Positions 20,393-30,778 of a stretch of 64,000 nt of DNA are shown one piece after another. The stretch's first letter is position 1. Each line of letters begins with the position of its first letter. The translations under genes and the position numbers were made by a program. The DNA comes from Candidatus Atabeyarchaeum deiterrae (lineage in GTDB: Archaea; Asgardarchaeota; Atabeyarchaeia; Atabeyarchaeales; Atabeyarchaeaceae): the NCBI GenBank assembly GCA_037310415.1, contig CP147780.1, positions 1,632,001 to 1,696,000 on the forward strand, given 5' to 3'. The notes beneath the pieces are model-generated. The model saw nothing but the letters and a program-made list of their open reading frames with translations. It was not told the origin of the DNA and searched no databases.

Positions 20393-21325
20393 TCATTTTA
20401 TTACTCTCTTCTCGCCCTCAAGCTTCTTTATGTCAGTTATGTCTTGAACAACTTCGATCGTTCCCAAGTATTTTCCATGGGCGTCTTTCACGGCGAAGTA
20501 CCCGATGTGCACTTTCCTGCCTTTGACGTCGATCCAGGATTCTGCGAAACTCTTCCTTCCTCTTCTTAGATCGTCCAGCAGCTGGTTCACGGTGGCTATG
20601 CTCTTTTGTGGGTGGCATTTCTGCACTTTTCTACCTATAGCTGCTCTCGGCCTCGCGAAATACTTCTTTTCATTCTCCTTGTTAAAGTACGTCAGAGTGT
20701 CCTCGGCATCGATGAAGGTCACTTCAAAGGGAAGTGTGTCCAGAATTGCGTCTAATACTTGAGTTGATAGATTCTTAACTAGAGGCTCTGCGCCTTCTTG
20801 TTTTCTAAGTTTATCAGCTAGTTCCTGATACTTTTCGTGAACTCCCTTGCCAAGTTGCTTCTCGATCCCATCAAAACCTGTAACGAGTTTGCTAGCGTCG
20901 TTTTCACTCAGAATCCTCTTACCCATGGGATAAAGCGTATCATCTTCCTTCCAGACGTGATCCTTGACAAGTTCAGCGAAATCCTTGGTTTCTTTCACAG
21001 TCGACTCTGGCTTATTCTCATCTAAACTTTTCTTGATGCTTTTCAGGAATTCTCTTTCTTTCTGGTGTTCGAGTAGCATCATTCCGATGGGTCCACCTTC
21101 ATTGGGTATACCACGCTCCTCAAGCTTCGGAAAAAGGATTTTCTCCTCCTTCATGTTGTGACACTTGTCCATATAGATATCGAAGAAGTCGAGATCCTCA
21201 GCAATCCTCGACTTTGAGTCCTTGTTTCCCTCAGCCAATTTCTTGGTCTCTCCGACGAGAGCTGTGAGCACTTCCTCCATAACTCTGTGTTCTCCCGACA
21301 GAACATCATCCCAATGATGCGTCAT
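20393..21325 (-). CDS. hemerythrin-like + PAS domain protein
   Basis: EH, HNMKEE, EHQ, HVWKED; PAS with IGRKVQKCHP. Confidence 0.88.
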   Translation of the reverse strand: MTHHWDDVLSGEHRVMEEVLTALVGETKKLAEGNKDSKSRIAEDLDFFDIYMDKCHNMKEEKILFPKLEERGIPNEGGPIGMMLLEHQKEREFLKSIKKSLDENKPESTVKETKDFAELVKDHVWKEDDTLYPMGKRILSENDASKLVTGFDGIEKQLGKGVHEKYQELADKLRKQEGAEPLVKNLSTQVLDAILDTLPFEVTFIDAEDTLTYFNKENEKKYFARPRAAIGRKVQKCHPQKSIATVNQLLDDLRRGRKSFAESWIDVKGRKVHIGYFAVKDAHGKYLGTIEVVQDITDIKKLEGEKRVIK

Positions 21326-21517
21326 TCTCTCTATTCACCTCAAGAAACCGTCCATGTTTATTGAAGCTGCAGCAGCAAGATTTGTGATTCTAATCTTCTT
21401 AGGGGTTTGAATGTCTCTTCCTTAGATTTGACTTACTTAAAAACTTCGTCGTAAGGAGTATCGCTTTGCAACTGAGAATCGTGTTTTCAATCCGCACAGG
21501 ATTCATCTTGGTGAGGG

Positions 21518-22402
21518 TTAGATTTCATCATGCTGCTTAGCTAGCCTGTCGTAAAGTTCGCGACGAATATCCTTCGCGAGCATCGGCAAGAACGGCCTTG
21601 TTCTTCTAACTTCGGAGAGATCAAGCTCAGCGACGACCACGTCCTCTTCGTCATACTTGGCTTTGGCAATTACAGCTCCTGACGGGGAGACTATATGTGA
21701 ACCACCCCAGAACAGAAGATTTTCCTCGATCCCTGCCAAGTTACATAGAATCACGAAGACACCATTCTCCAACGCCCTCGCCTTCGTCAGCACCTCAAAG
21801 AAGTCCTTTCTAGCACTCGGTGAAGCAGTGGGATATATCAAAATCTCCGCACCTTTCATTGCGTACAATCGCGGCAGTTCTGGAAAATAGATGTCATAAC
21901 ATATTGAGAGACCGATTTTCCCAAGACAGGTCGCGAAAACCTCAGCATTGGATCCGGGTGTGAAGTAGCGCTTCTCGTCGAAGACGCTATGTCCAGGCAA
22001 AAACCATTTTCTGTACTTCCCGATTAGCCCTTTTTTCCCACCAATCATGACGACAGTGTTGTACAATGTTCCTTCAACTTCAGTACTGGCTTCAGGCATG
22101 CCAAAAACGACATGAACTTTCGTGTTCCTCAGAAACTCGGCAATCTTGGAGGTGAAAGGCCCTGGAATAGGCTCAGCTAGCCTGTAGTGAGAGTCGTAGC
22201 ACAGATACCCTGTAGCGCTCAGCTCAGGGAAAACGAGAAGGTTAACATTTTGGTTTCTTGCCTTATTGATGAACTTCTTGAAGATTTCAAAGTTGGCATC
22301 TTTGTCTCCTACAATTGGAGAGATCTGAGCGAGCATGACTTTCACAGTTTCCGTTCCATCCTGATTCAGCTCGCTCGCGTCGGTACAAATACTCGGCGTC
22401 AA
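21518..22402 (-). CDS. carbon-nitrogen hydrolase (nitrilase family)
   Basis: FPE, YRK and ICYD catalytic triad motifs. Confidence 0.92.
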   Translation of the reverse strand: MTPSICTDASELNQDGTETVKVMLAQISPIVGDKDANFEIFKKFINKARNQNVNLLVFPELSATGYLCYDSHYRLAEPIPGPFTSKIAEFLRNTKVHVVFGMPEASTEVEGTLYNTVVMIGGKKGLIGKYRKWFLPGHSVFDEKRYFTPGSNAEVFATCLGKIGLSICYDIYFPELPRLYAMKGAEILIYPTASPSARKDFFEVLTKARALENGVFVILCNLAGIEENLLFWGGSHIVSPSGAVIAKAKYDEEDVVVAELDLSEVRRTRPFLPMLAKDIRRELYDRLAKQHDEI

Positions 22403-22469
22403 GACGAACCACCACTCGTTCGAAGACTAAATATTCGTTCGACTTATATAGCTATGATGGTCTCCATAC

Positions 22470-23120
22470 TTGAGGAAGGCGGAACATAAGACGGATCCGA
22501 AAAACGCGAAAGAATGGACAAAGATTCCTTCGTCGACAACCTTAGACAAAACTATTGAAGCGTTGAGAAAGCGTAACTACACTGTAGTTCTACTCGAAAA
22601 CAAAGTCCAGGCGTTGCAGAAACTGAAAGAATCAATTCCTGCTGGCGCGGAAGTAATGACTGGCTCTTCCACGACCCTACAGCAGATCGGGTTCATGGAT
22701 TACTACTTGTCAGGCAAGAATCCATGGAAGTGCCTAGCTGTGCAAGTTCGCGAGGAAAATGATGCCGAGAGGCGCAACACCTTGCGCCGTAAGTCTGTTA
22801 CAGCAGAATATTTCCTTGGCAGCGTTGGGGCTGTCGCAGAAACTGGCGAACTGGTGGCAGTTGATCAATCTGGGTCAAGAGTTGGCGCCTATCCATTTGC
22901 TGCGAAAAAAGTGATGCTTGTTGTTGGCTATCAGAAGATAACACCAAATTTGGAACAGGCGATGCGCCGCATTAGAGAATATGTCTACTACCTAGAGGAC
23001 GAACGGGCGAGAAAGGCTTATGGTGTAGGGACAACATTCGGGAAATGGGTAATTATCGAACGCGAAATCATGAAGGACCGCATTACGATACTCTTGGTGA
23101 GAGAGCCACTTGGATTCTGA
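22470..23120 (+). CDS. LUD (lactate utilisation) domain protein
   Basis: GSSTTLQQIG, GELVAVDQSGSRV, VVGYQKI. Confidence 0.85.
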   Translation: MRKAEHKTDPKNAKEWTKIPSSTTLDKTIEALRKRNYTVVLLENKVQALQKLKESIPAGAEVMTGSSTTLQQIGFMDYYLSGKNPWKCLAVQVREENDAERRNTLRRKSVTAEYFLGSVGAVAETGELVAVDQSGSRVGAYPFAAKKVMLVVGYQKITPNLEQAMRRIREYVYYLEDERARKAYGVGTTFGKWVIIEREIMKDRITILLVREPLGF

Positions 23121-23210
23121 GGAATCTATTTCTGGTACTGAGGGTTGTCTGAACAAGCCTAACGTTAGCAACACATCGCCACTAATTTTCTCTGCTTCAG
23201 CGCAAGATGC

Positions 23211-23864
23211 CTACAGCTTGAATATTCTCGCGACGCAATTAGGAGGCTTGAGTTCAGTAATCTCATAGTCATGTGGAACCTTCGTCACGAGTTCAGCGGT
23301 CACGGCACTTCCTAAGCTTATGGTACATAGCGGTTTTCGTGTTCCAATGCGCATGACCCCCTCTTCTAACATGCTCCTGCAACCATCACCATTAGGACAA
23401 TTCACAATTCGTGCCTCGGAAGCGTCTGCGTCTCCTGTGCACTGATAGGAATTCTCATCCAGCATTTCCATTGAGACAGCAACCTTCTTGAAATCCGAAA
23501 GTGCATTAATCGTCTTGTCGGTTTTGCCAATTATCTCGCTGAGCCCGTCGAGCTCAGTCATTCGTCTCAAAATTGTTCCCAACATGACCCTAATTGCGGG
23601 TCCAGCTGAGCCTTGAATCTGGGTTTCTGCCTTTCCTATTCCATACCAGAAGGCGCAATGTCCCATAGGATACTTTTGCAGGTTGTTTCTGACGTAGCCA
23701 GCCGTGTCTTCCATGGTTTCAAGTCTGGGAGCTTGCTCTCCAACCTTCTTGCTTATAAAATCAGCCACAGCCTGTCGGACCAACTTCGAGAACACTTCGC
23801 CATAGAGCTCCGTTAGTTTTTCAACGCTCATGAGTCCAAAATTAATCAGAACTTCAGAATCCAA
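23211..23864 (-). CDS. V4R-like / heme-NO-binding-fold hypothetical protein
   Basis: C-terminal NCP...C...C...C arrangement typical of V4R-like domains. Confidence 0.55.
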   Translation of the reverse strand: MDSEVLINFGLMSVEKLTELYGEVFSKLVRQAVADFISKKVGEQAPRLETMEDTAGYVRNNLQKYPMGHCAFWYGIGKAETQIQGSAGPAIRVMLGTILRRMTELDGLSEIIGKTDKTINALSDFKKVAVSMEMLDENSYQCTGDADASEARIVNCPNGDGCRSMLEEGVMRIGTRKPLCTISLGSAVTAELVTKVPHDYEITELKPPNCVARIFKL

Positions 23865-24057
23865 ATACAGTCACCTTGATCGAAAACTCGTAGGGGAGGG
23901 GGATGATGGAACATATTTCGTGAAGAAGCTTAAAAGGCAATTGATCTCTGTGCGACCCTCGCAAACCATTTTCTTGGGTTGTCGACAATCAAGATTCGGA
24001 GCATGGATACGCGGCAATGCCAAGCGACAACTCACGCTAGCACGGAGCATCGCAATT

Positions 24058-24384
24058 TCAACTGTTCCTGAGTACACTATTAAGCCATCTCAAGTAGCCC
24101 GCGCTACCTGCAGTTATGGGCGTCACAGTGATCTCAGGAAGCTCATAAGGGTGAATCTTTTTGATAGCTTCTTCAAGTTTCTTGTAAAGAGCCTTTTTGC
24201 TCTTGACTATGCATAGCCATTCTTTATCCTTCACGATCTTTCCTTCCCACCAATAGGTGCTCAACACGGGTCCGACAACCTGTATGCAACCTGCTAGCTT
24301 TCTTTCCACCAATAATTCTGCTATATTCTCAGCATCTTGCTTCTTACCAACGGTGGTGAAAACCTGAATATACTCTCGGGTCAA
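24058..24384 (-). CDS. cutA: divalent cation tolerance protein CutA
   Basis: LAGCIQV, YWWEG, HPYELPEI. Confidence 0.93.
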   Translation of the reverse strand: MTREYIQVFTTVGKKQDAENIAELLVERKLAGCIQVVGPVLSTYWWEGKIVKDKEWLCIVKSKKALYKKLEEAIKKIHPYELPEITVTPITAGSAGYLRWLNSVLRNS

Positions 24385-24526
24385 AACAGATTCTCCTCCA
24401 TCGCAAAAGGACTCAATGGTAGTTTTGATGAAAACACTGAGTAGTCACAGCAAGAGATAAGAATATAGTCATGATTCCATGTCATACTTATATGACACAT
24501 CAGAAACGAGGCGGTGGTCCAATCAG

Positions 24527-25384
24527 ATGAGGCTGAATGCCGAATCTTTGGTAATTGACCCAGAGTCGGTTGCTGAAAGGATCGTGAAGTTTCTCCGTGC
24601 AAGGTTGTCAGAAAGCAAGCAGAAGGGTTTCGTTTTCGGCATGTCGGGAGGCCTTGACAGTTCAACGGTTGCAGGTCTTTGCGCTAAAACTTTGAGGGCG
24701 TCGGACAATTTAGCGTTGATAATGCCTCACACGGAGAGCGCCAAAGAAGACAAAGAACATGCTCTACTCGTCGCGGAGAAGTTCAAGATCCCTTACAGAA
24801 TCATCGACATAACTGGCGCGGTGCACGCAGTTCAGGAAAACATGTTTCAACTTGACTCGGAAAGTACCGTACACAGCAAGGAGCCCATGCTTAGGAATGC
24901 AGTTGGTAATATCAAGGCAAGAATCAGAATGATCAACCTCTATTTAGCTGCTAACACAACAGACCGCCTCGTGGTTGGATCAAGTGACAAAAGTGAGTTA
25001 CTGGTGGGATACTACACGAAATATGGTGACGGAGGAACCGATATCCTACCTATTGCTGATCTCTATAAAACTCAGGTGAGGTCGCTTGCGAGCCATCTTG
25101 GCGTTCCGGAGGTCGTCATAATGAAACCCTCCTCGCCTGGACTATGGAAAGATCAGACAGCTGAGAAAGAAATCGGAATGGAATACGAACAACTCGACCT
25201 TATCCTCTATGGACTAGAGCGATTCATGAGACCGAAGGAAATTGCAGACGAGCTAGGACTGTCGGTCGGAATTGTGAACGACGTTATCAATAGAATCACG
25301 AACGCTGAACACAAACGGAGAGGTGGAATAGTCTTCAAGATAGGATACAGAACGCCGACCCTCGACTGGAGAATTCCGCTATGA
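24527..25384 (+). CDS. nadE: NH3-dependent NAD+ synthetase
   Basis: SGGLDS, NIKARIRM, GYYTKYGD, KPSSPGLW. Confidence 0.95.
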   Translation: MRLNAESLVIDPESVAERIVKFLRARLSESKQKGFVFGMSGGLDSSTVAGLCAKTLRASDNLALIMPHTESAKEDKEHALLVAEKFKIPYRIIDITGAVHAVQENMFQLDSESTVHSKEPMLRNAVGNIKARIRMINLYLAANTTDRLVVGSSDKSELLVGYYTKYGDGGTDILPIADLYKTQVRSLASHLGVPEVVIMKPSSPGLWKDQTAEKEIGMEYEQLDLILYGLERFMRPKEIADELGLSVGIVNDVINRITNAEHKRRGGIVFKIGYRTPTLDWRIPL

Positions 25385-25451
25385 TAAAGTCCCTCAATGC
25401 GACATGTATCCCGTCTGCTCTGTCGCGTCTGGTCTAGGGGGTTGTACGACA

Positions 25452-25871
25452 TTGACGTTGCATATCAATTATGATCACCAATGCCCAAAATGTGAAGCAT
25501 ACTATATCCCGTACGACGACGTACCTTGCCCCAGATGTGGTTTGGTCGAGAAGGAAAGGTTCGACCACATCACAAGGGCAACCAGATCACTGCTTTTCAA
25601 CCTCGACAACTATGGTTCATATGTACCTCCAGCGTGGTAGGTAAGTTCCTTGGGCGATCACATACTTCAGATACTCTTCGGCATCTTTGAGAAGTTCGAA
25701 AAGTCAGAGGAAAAAGATATCAGGAAGTTCTCCGAAGACTGCCTCTCAGAAGCGGATTGGACCGGCCAGAAATACTTTGAAAGCCACATTTCGCGAATAG
25801 CATCAAGAGTCCACGAAGAGATAGACAAAATGAGCAGACTTAGTGCGAATCAAAACCAATCAGACAACTGA
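25452..25871 (+). pseudogene. Zn-finger hypothetical protein interrupted by an in-frame TAG at 25638-25640
   Basis: ORFs 25404-25640 and 25650-25871 share a frame: CPKC..CPRC..YVPPAW*VSSLGDHIL. Confidence 0.65.
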
Positions 25872-25944
25872 ATATCCATCAATATTATCAAGTCGAGACT
25901 TCCTTTAATCTGCCCGCCACAAACATTGTTACCCGGTGACCTAA

Positions 25945-26673
25945 TTGCCAATGAAGATTATTGTCCACAAAGACTATGCTCTTGCGAACACAGGATCACG
26001 ATTCCTCATCTATCCATTAAGCACTTCCTTCATCAACAACCTGGACCCTGTATTCATGGATAGATGGATGCGTGGAGGCTGGGGTGTAAACAATACTGTT
26101 CTACTTGAACTTAGATACATGACCATTCCAGCTTATGACTGTCCAAAGGGTCCCGCTTCAAGCCTCTTCTCAGGAGTGATCTACGCTTGGAACGCAAACA
26201 AATACATCAAATTCATTGCATTCACGAAAGGATACTTCAGCAACATCGACGAGGTCAATCTGAAGGTGGATTGTTGGCATGAACAGAGACACTTGAAGAG
26301 TGCAGAAGAATACATCTACGATGGTTCGATGCCTCCGCCCGAGGATACTGTTGCTGAAGAAGAGTTGATGCATGTCTACCTGTCAATGGGTGAAGACGCG
26401 GTCGAGGCGAGAGACAATCACATTATGAGATCTATTGAAAAGAATAGATACGTTGACGCCATACCCGGCGAGGTAGCTGTGCTTTGGCTAAGAGAATTCT
26501 TCGAGGACAAGGTCGCCAATTACAGATCTTGTTCAACAACAATCCCACGGAATGACTACACTACCAGAATGGAGAAGATACATTCTAGATTGAGAGATTC
26601 AGTTGCTCACTTCTACCAGAATGTTCTACGTATCGATCCGAGAGCAATCCTTAATCACTCTCTGAAACCATAG
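25945..26673 (+). CDS. hypothetical protein with HExxH motif
   Basis: WHEQRH followed downstream by EEE. Confidence 0.6.
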   Translation: MPMKIIVHKDYALANTGSRFLIYPLSTSFINNLDPVFMDRWMRGGWGVNNTVLLELRYMTIPAYDCPKGPASSLFSGVIYAWNANKYIKFIAFTKGYFSNIDEVNLKVDCWHEQRHLKSAEEYIYDGSMPPPEDTVAEEELMHVYLSMGEDAVEARDNHIMRSIEKNRYVDAIPGEVAVLWLREFFEDKVANYRSCSTTIPRNDYTTRMEKIHSRLRDSVAHFYQNVLRIDPRAILNHSLKP

Positions 26674-26726
26674 TTGGTCGAGTCACTAGGTGTCTTCAGA
26701 TTTGTCAGAGAGAAAAAGTGAGAACA

Positions 26727-26915
26727 CTATATGTTTGCAGTCCTTCGCTTCATCTCTTTCATGATGTTTGTGATCTCGTTTTCCACTCGAACTACTGTCT
26801 TCTTGTAAACATCTTGAGGTATCCTTCCGTCAGCGAAAGCCTCTGACAGCCTAGTCTTCTCTTCTCTGAGCTCATGTATTTTTTCCTCAAGCTCCTCATT
26901 TTTGAAAGCTCGCAT
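26727..26915 (-). CDS. small helical (SHOCT-like) protein
   Basis: DGRIPQDVYKK within amphipathic helices. Confidence 0.55.
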   Translation of the reverse strand: MRAFKNEELEEKIHELREEKTRLSEAFADGRIPQDVYKKTVVRVENEITNIMKEMKRRTANI

Positions 26916-26992
26916 GCTTGCCTTGCCCTCGCTTTAGTTGAATCATTGCACAAATGATCTTAGTTCCGAAGCGTTGAATGTGGCTCGATGGC

Positions 26993-27802
26993 TCACAGAG
27001 GAGTCATAGTAACATTGCTCCGGTCTTTTCTGTCCTCATGAATAGCGTCGTCGATAGCGATGGCAAGCGGAACGATGAGCCGTCGGTCAATGTTCGTGTT
27101 GATGACGACCCCATATTTCTGGCTAAAGTCAAAAACGCTTCCCCCGACAAAGATGTCCTTCCACATGTCCGTTTTATCTATCTCAGCGACGAGATTCTTC
27201 TCCATGTCATATACTTTGAAAGTGAAACCCATAAAGTCGCCTTGAGCTTCGAGAATCTTCTTTCCACGTGGATCTTCCATCCATACAAGAGGTCTTAACA
27301 CTGCGAGTATTTTCTGCTTCACCCGACCAAGAGCATTTTCATGGGCATCTTCTATGTCGAAGGTATCCCTGATGGCGACGAGTTTCTTATGAATGATCGC
27401 TGAGACCGTTTGGTCATCAGCTTCTCGGAATTCTATGGCTTTGCGCGCCGAAATGGCACGGCGATGCATGTGTCCAACGGCAATTCCTTTCTCATCGTAA
27501 ATTGCACCGGATCCCCATCCCCACCAGCGACGATCAATCACATAGTAACGTCGACTCACATCAAAAAGCGGCGCCACTGGTTCAGTCGCCTTGACAGGCG
27601 ATGGTTGGGGTTCATATTCTGGAACTGGTGTTTCAGGCGTTTGAAAAGGCTCTTCAGTAGTCTCATAAGGCTCGACCGGTCTGGATTCAGACCTGTCTCT
27701 GAAGACAGGAGCGCCACACTCGAAGCAGAAGCGCGCGTCGGGCTTGAGCCTCGCGCCACACCGCGTGCAAAATCTAGCGCCACTTTCCATGGTTAGGACC
27801 AA
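26993..27802 (-). CDS. zinc-ribbon + LURP-one/scramblase-like domain protein
   Basis: FCTRCG..FCFECG, Pro/Glu linker, tubby-C-like beta repeats ending LAIAID. Confidence 0.78.
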   Translation of the reverse strand: MVLTMESGARFCTRCGARLKPDARFCFECGAPVFRDRSESRPVEPYETTEEPFQTPETPVPEYEPQPSPVKATEPVAPLFDVSRRYYVIDRRWWGWGSGAIYDEKGIAVGHMHRRAISARKAIEFREADDQTVSAIIHKKLVAIRDTFDIEDAHENALGRVKQKILAVLRPLVWMEDPRGKKILEAQGDFMGFTFKVYDMEKNLVAEIDKTDMWKDIFVGGSVFDFSQKYGVVINTNIDRRLIVPLAIAIDDAIHEDRKDRSNVTMTPL

Positions 27803-28000
27803 TCTCCACGATTAGTTTGGCTGGTTTCAGATACTCTGGTTGTCGTGAGACAGTAACAGTCTGGGCTGTTGTTGAAGGGACAATATTGGTTTCGAAGATA
27901 TTAAGTCTCTCCTTCGGACGATCTGCGACGGCTGACATGATGAGTGTTCATCTCGTGAGAATCTTGGCCACTGCTGTCTGATGATTCATCACTCCAAGGA

Positions 28001-28786
28001 TCATCCTTCAGAGGTTGCGCCAGTCGCTGCCGAACCACTAAGCTCCTCGTGAAGGGCTACGTCTATCGCGATTGCCAGCCCCACGACCAATCGTCGGTCA
28101 ATATCACGATAGATGACAATCGCATGCTTCTGACTGAAGTCGAATGCATCGCTACTCACAAAGAGGTCAAGCCACATGCTTGCTTTGTCGCATTCTGCAA
28201 CAATTTGCCCTTCCATATCGTAGACTTTGAAAGTGAAGCCGAGGAAGTCTCCCTTTGTCTCCAAGATCCTGTTTCCGTCGTGGTCTTCTAGCCAGACTTC
28301 TCGTTCGAAATCCTCGCTCATTTTCTGCCTAATGTGAGCTATCGTGTTTTCTTGTTCATCTTTGATATCTAACGAGGGTCTAGGTGCTCCAATCTTCCAA
28401 CGGATTACCGCAGACACGATCTTGCCGTCTGCTTCACGGAATTCAAGGGCCCTGAATTTGGAGATGATCTTACGATAGAGATGGCCAACGATCTTGCCCT
28501 TCTCGTCATAGATAGGACCAGACCCCGATTCCCACCATTTGTGATCAATAACGTAATGATGTCGACTACGATCAAAAAGTGCCAACATCATTTTAGTGGA
28601 TGCAATCGGTTCGGCTGAAGGCCTTACCTCTGGCTGGGTAGATGCAGTCTCTGAAGGGACATGTGTATCTTCGCCAACCTCAGCGCCACACTCATCGCAG
28701 AATTCCGCGTCTGGATCGAGTTCCGCACCGCAACTCGTACAATGGCGTTGACGACCTTCCATAGATGGAACAACCTCCATGATCAA
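28001..28786 (-). CDS. zinc-ribbon + LURP-one/scramblase-like domain protein (paralogue)
   Basis: CTSCG..FCDECG; clearly similar to the neighbouring gene. Confidence 0.78.
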   Translation of the reverse strand: MIMEVVPSMEGRQRHCTSCGAELDPDAEFCDECGAEVGEDTHVPSETASTQPEVRPSAEPIASTKMMLALFDRSRHHYVIDHKWWESGSGPIYDEKGKIVGHLYRKIISKFRALEFREADGKIVSAVIRWKIGAPRPSLDIKDEQENTIAHIRQKMSEDFEREVWLEDHDGNRILETKGDFLGFTFKVYDMEGQIVAECDKASMWLDLFVSSDAFDFSQKHAIVIYRDIDRRLVVGLAIAIDVALHEELSGSAATGATSEG

Positions 28787-28921
28787 AGCTCATTCGACGT
28801 ATTATTGGTATACACATCGGGAATCTAATACTTGTGAGAGTCATTGACATAGATATATTCGTCTCTTCCAGCATCTTAGCGGAATAGTTTCGAGAGCTAG
28901 TGACTCCCCTGCAACCAAAAT

Positions 28922-30568
28922 CTACTGCTTATTTGGCAGTTCCCTAATTGCGCCCTTGTTTGCTGAAGATGTTGTTATTGCGTAAAGCGCCAAAAATCCT
29001 CTTCTCACCTTGGGTTCAGGAGGGGACCATGCTTCTCGCCTTTTCTTAATCTCTTGATCGCTCAATTTAACGTTAAGTTCCCTGTTCGGAAGATCTATCT
29101 CAACATTGTCTCCCTCTCTAATTAGGGCAATTGGTCCACCCTCCACTGCCTCTGGGGACACATGACCTATGCAAAGACCCGCTGTTCCACCTGAGAACCT
29201 TCCATCGGTAACAAGGGCCACAGAATCATTCATCTTCGTCTCGGAAATCCTCATGGTTATCATCAGCATCTCCCGCATGCCGGGACCACCCTTCGGACCC
29301 TCATATCTTATGACAACCACATCTCTAGGTTTTATTTGGTTATTGTCAAAAGCATTTGTGCAATCTTCTTCGGAGTCAAACACTCTCGCGGGTCCAGTGT
29401 GAACTAGCATCCTCGGGTGCACAGCTGACATCTTCACCACTGCACCGTTGGGCGCAAGATTGCCGTAGAGAACCGCTATGCCCCCTTCCTTCATGTATGG
29501 TCTTTCAATAGGCCTGATTATCTCATCATTGACAATGACTACATCCTTTATGTTCTCACCGACTGTCTTACCCGTGACAGTGTTGGCTCCAAGGTGCAAT
29601 ATGTGTTGGAGCCTCTTCATGACCGCCGGGACTCCACCTGCCTTCTCAAGTTCAGTGAAGTTGTTTGGACCATTTGGCTTGAATCTACATAGGTTAGGGG
29701 TGTCTCGGCTCAGCCTGTCAAAGTCGGTGAGATCAATACTGATATTCGCGTCATTTGCTATGGCGGGCAAGTGAAGCGTGGTATTGGTTGATCCGCCAAT
29801 CGCCATATCGACTCGAATTGCGTTCTCAAAAGCCTCTTTGGTTAATATTTCAGAGGATTTGATGCCTTTCTCAACAAGCTTCATGATTTGGAGACCCGAT
29901 TCCTTTGCAAAACGAAGCTCCTTGGATTCACCAGCAATGTGCGTTGCACAGCCAGGAAGAGACATGCCCAAAGCCTCAGTCATACATGCCATGGTGGTAG
30001 CAGTGCCAAGAAGATTACATGCACCTGGACCTGGGCAGGCAGATGTGACTTTGCCGAAAAACTCTTCAGCTTCTAGTTCTCCGCTGGAGAACTGTCTATA
30101 GATTCTAGCGAGATCGAAAACCACAATTTCCTCACCCTTGTAGCGACCAGGATTCATTTGGCCTCCCGTAACAAATATGGTGGGTCTGTTCACGCGAGCG
30201 GCTCCCATTAGCATGCCAGGCACTATTTTATCACATGTGCATATACAGACTATCCCATCGAATAGGTCCGCATGACCTTCCACCATTGCTTCAATCGAAT
30301 CGGCAATCAGATCTCGACTGGGGAGCGGATAACGCATTCCCAATGATCCCTCAGAGACTCCATCGCATAGGGCGATGGTGTTGAACTCCATTGGGGTTCC
30401 TCCGCCTTCTCTTATCCCTGCTTTGACCGACTCCGATACTTTGTTCAGATGTACGTGACCAACAACAAATTCATTCCACGAATTTGCTATGCCTATTATG
30501 GGTCGCTGCATCTCTTCCTCAGTGAAACCAGCTCCCCTGAATGTTGGAAAAATAGCTTTCCTAGACAA
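28922..30568 (-). CDS. ilvD: dihydroxy-acid dehydratase (IlvD/Edd family)
   Basis: CDG, CDKIVPG, GGSTN, GPGMREM, TDGRFSG; TTG start with GGAGGT SD. Confidence 0.9.
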   Translation of the reverse strand: MSRKAIFPTFRGAGFTEEEMQRPIIGIANSWNEFVVGHVHLNKVSESVKAGIREGGGTPMEFNTIALCDGVSEGSLGMRYPLPSRDLIADSIEAMVEGHADLFDGIVCICTCDKIVPGMLMGAARVNRPTIFVTGGQMNPGRYKGEEIVVFDLARIYRQFSSGELEAEEFFGKVTSACPGPGACNLLGTATTMACMTEALGMSLPGCATHIAGESKELRFAKESGLQIMKLVEKGIKSSEILTKEAFENAIRVDMAIGGSTNTTLHLPAIANDANISIDLTDFDRLSRDTPNLCRFKPNGPNNFTELEKAGGVPAVMKRLQHILHLGANTVTGKTVGENIKDVVIVNDEIIRPIERPYMKEGGIAVLYGNLAPNGAVVKMSAVHPRMLVHTGPARVFDSEEDCTNAFDNNQIKPRDVVVIRYEGPKGGPGMREMLMITMRISETKMNDSVALVTDGRFSGGTAGLCIGHVSPEAVEGGPIALIREGDNVEIDLPNRELNVKLSDQEIKKRREAWSPPEPKVRRGFLALYAITTSSANKGAIRELPNKQ

Positions 30569-30778
30569 GGTCGGACCTCCACAATCACTTCGTCCTCGTC
30601 AGACGGCAGAACTGATTGCCGTGCTATTTGTTCCTCTTGCTATTTCTGTTTTGCTAATCGCCATAGGACTTATCAAGTGCCTTCTGAGAAATCGCTTCTA
30701 CATAAGAGTTAATATATTTGTATGAGATAATGAAACCTAAATAAAGCACAATGGCGCCAGAATTAACCAAACACAATT

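Noticed and set aside
27938-27981. ATGATGA ... CTGA, resembling a C/D box sRNA
   Set aside because: No convincing C' box, and I could not identify an rRNA/tRNA target by eye
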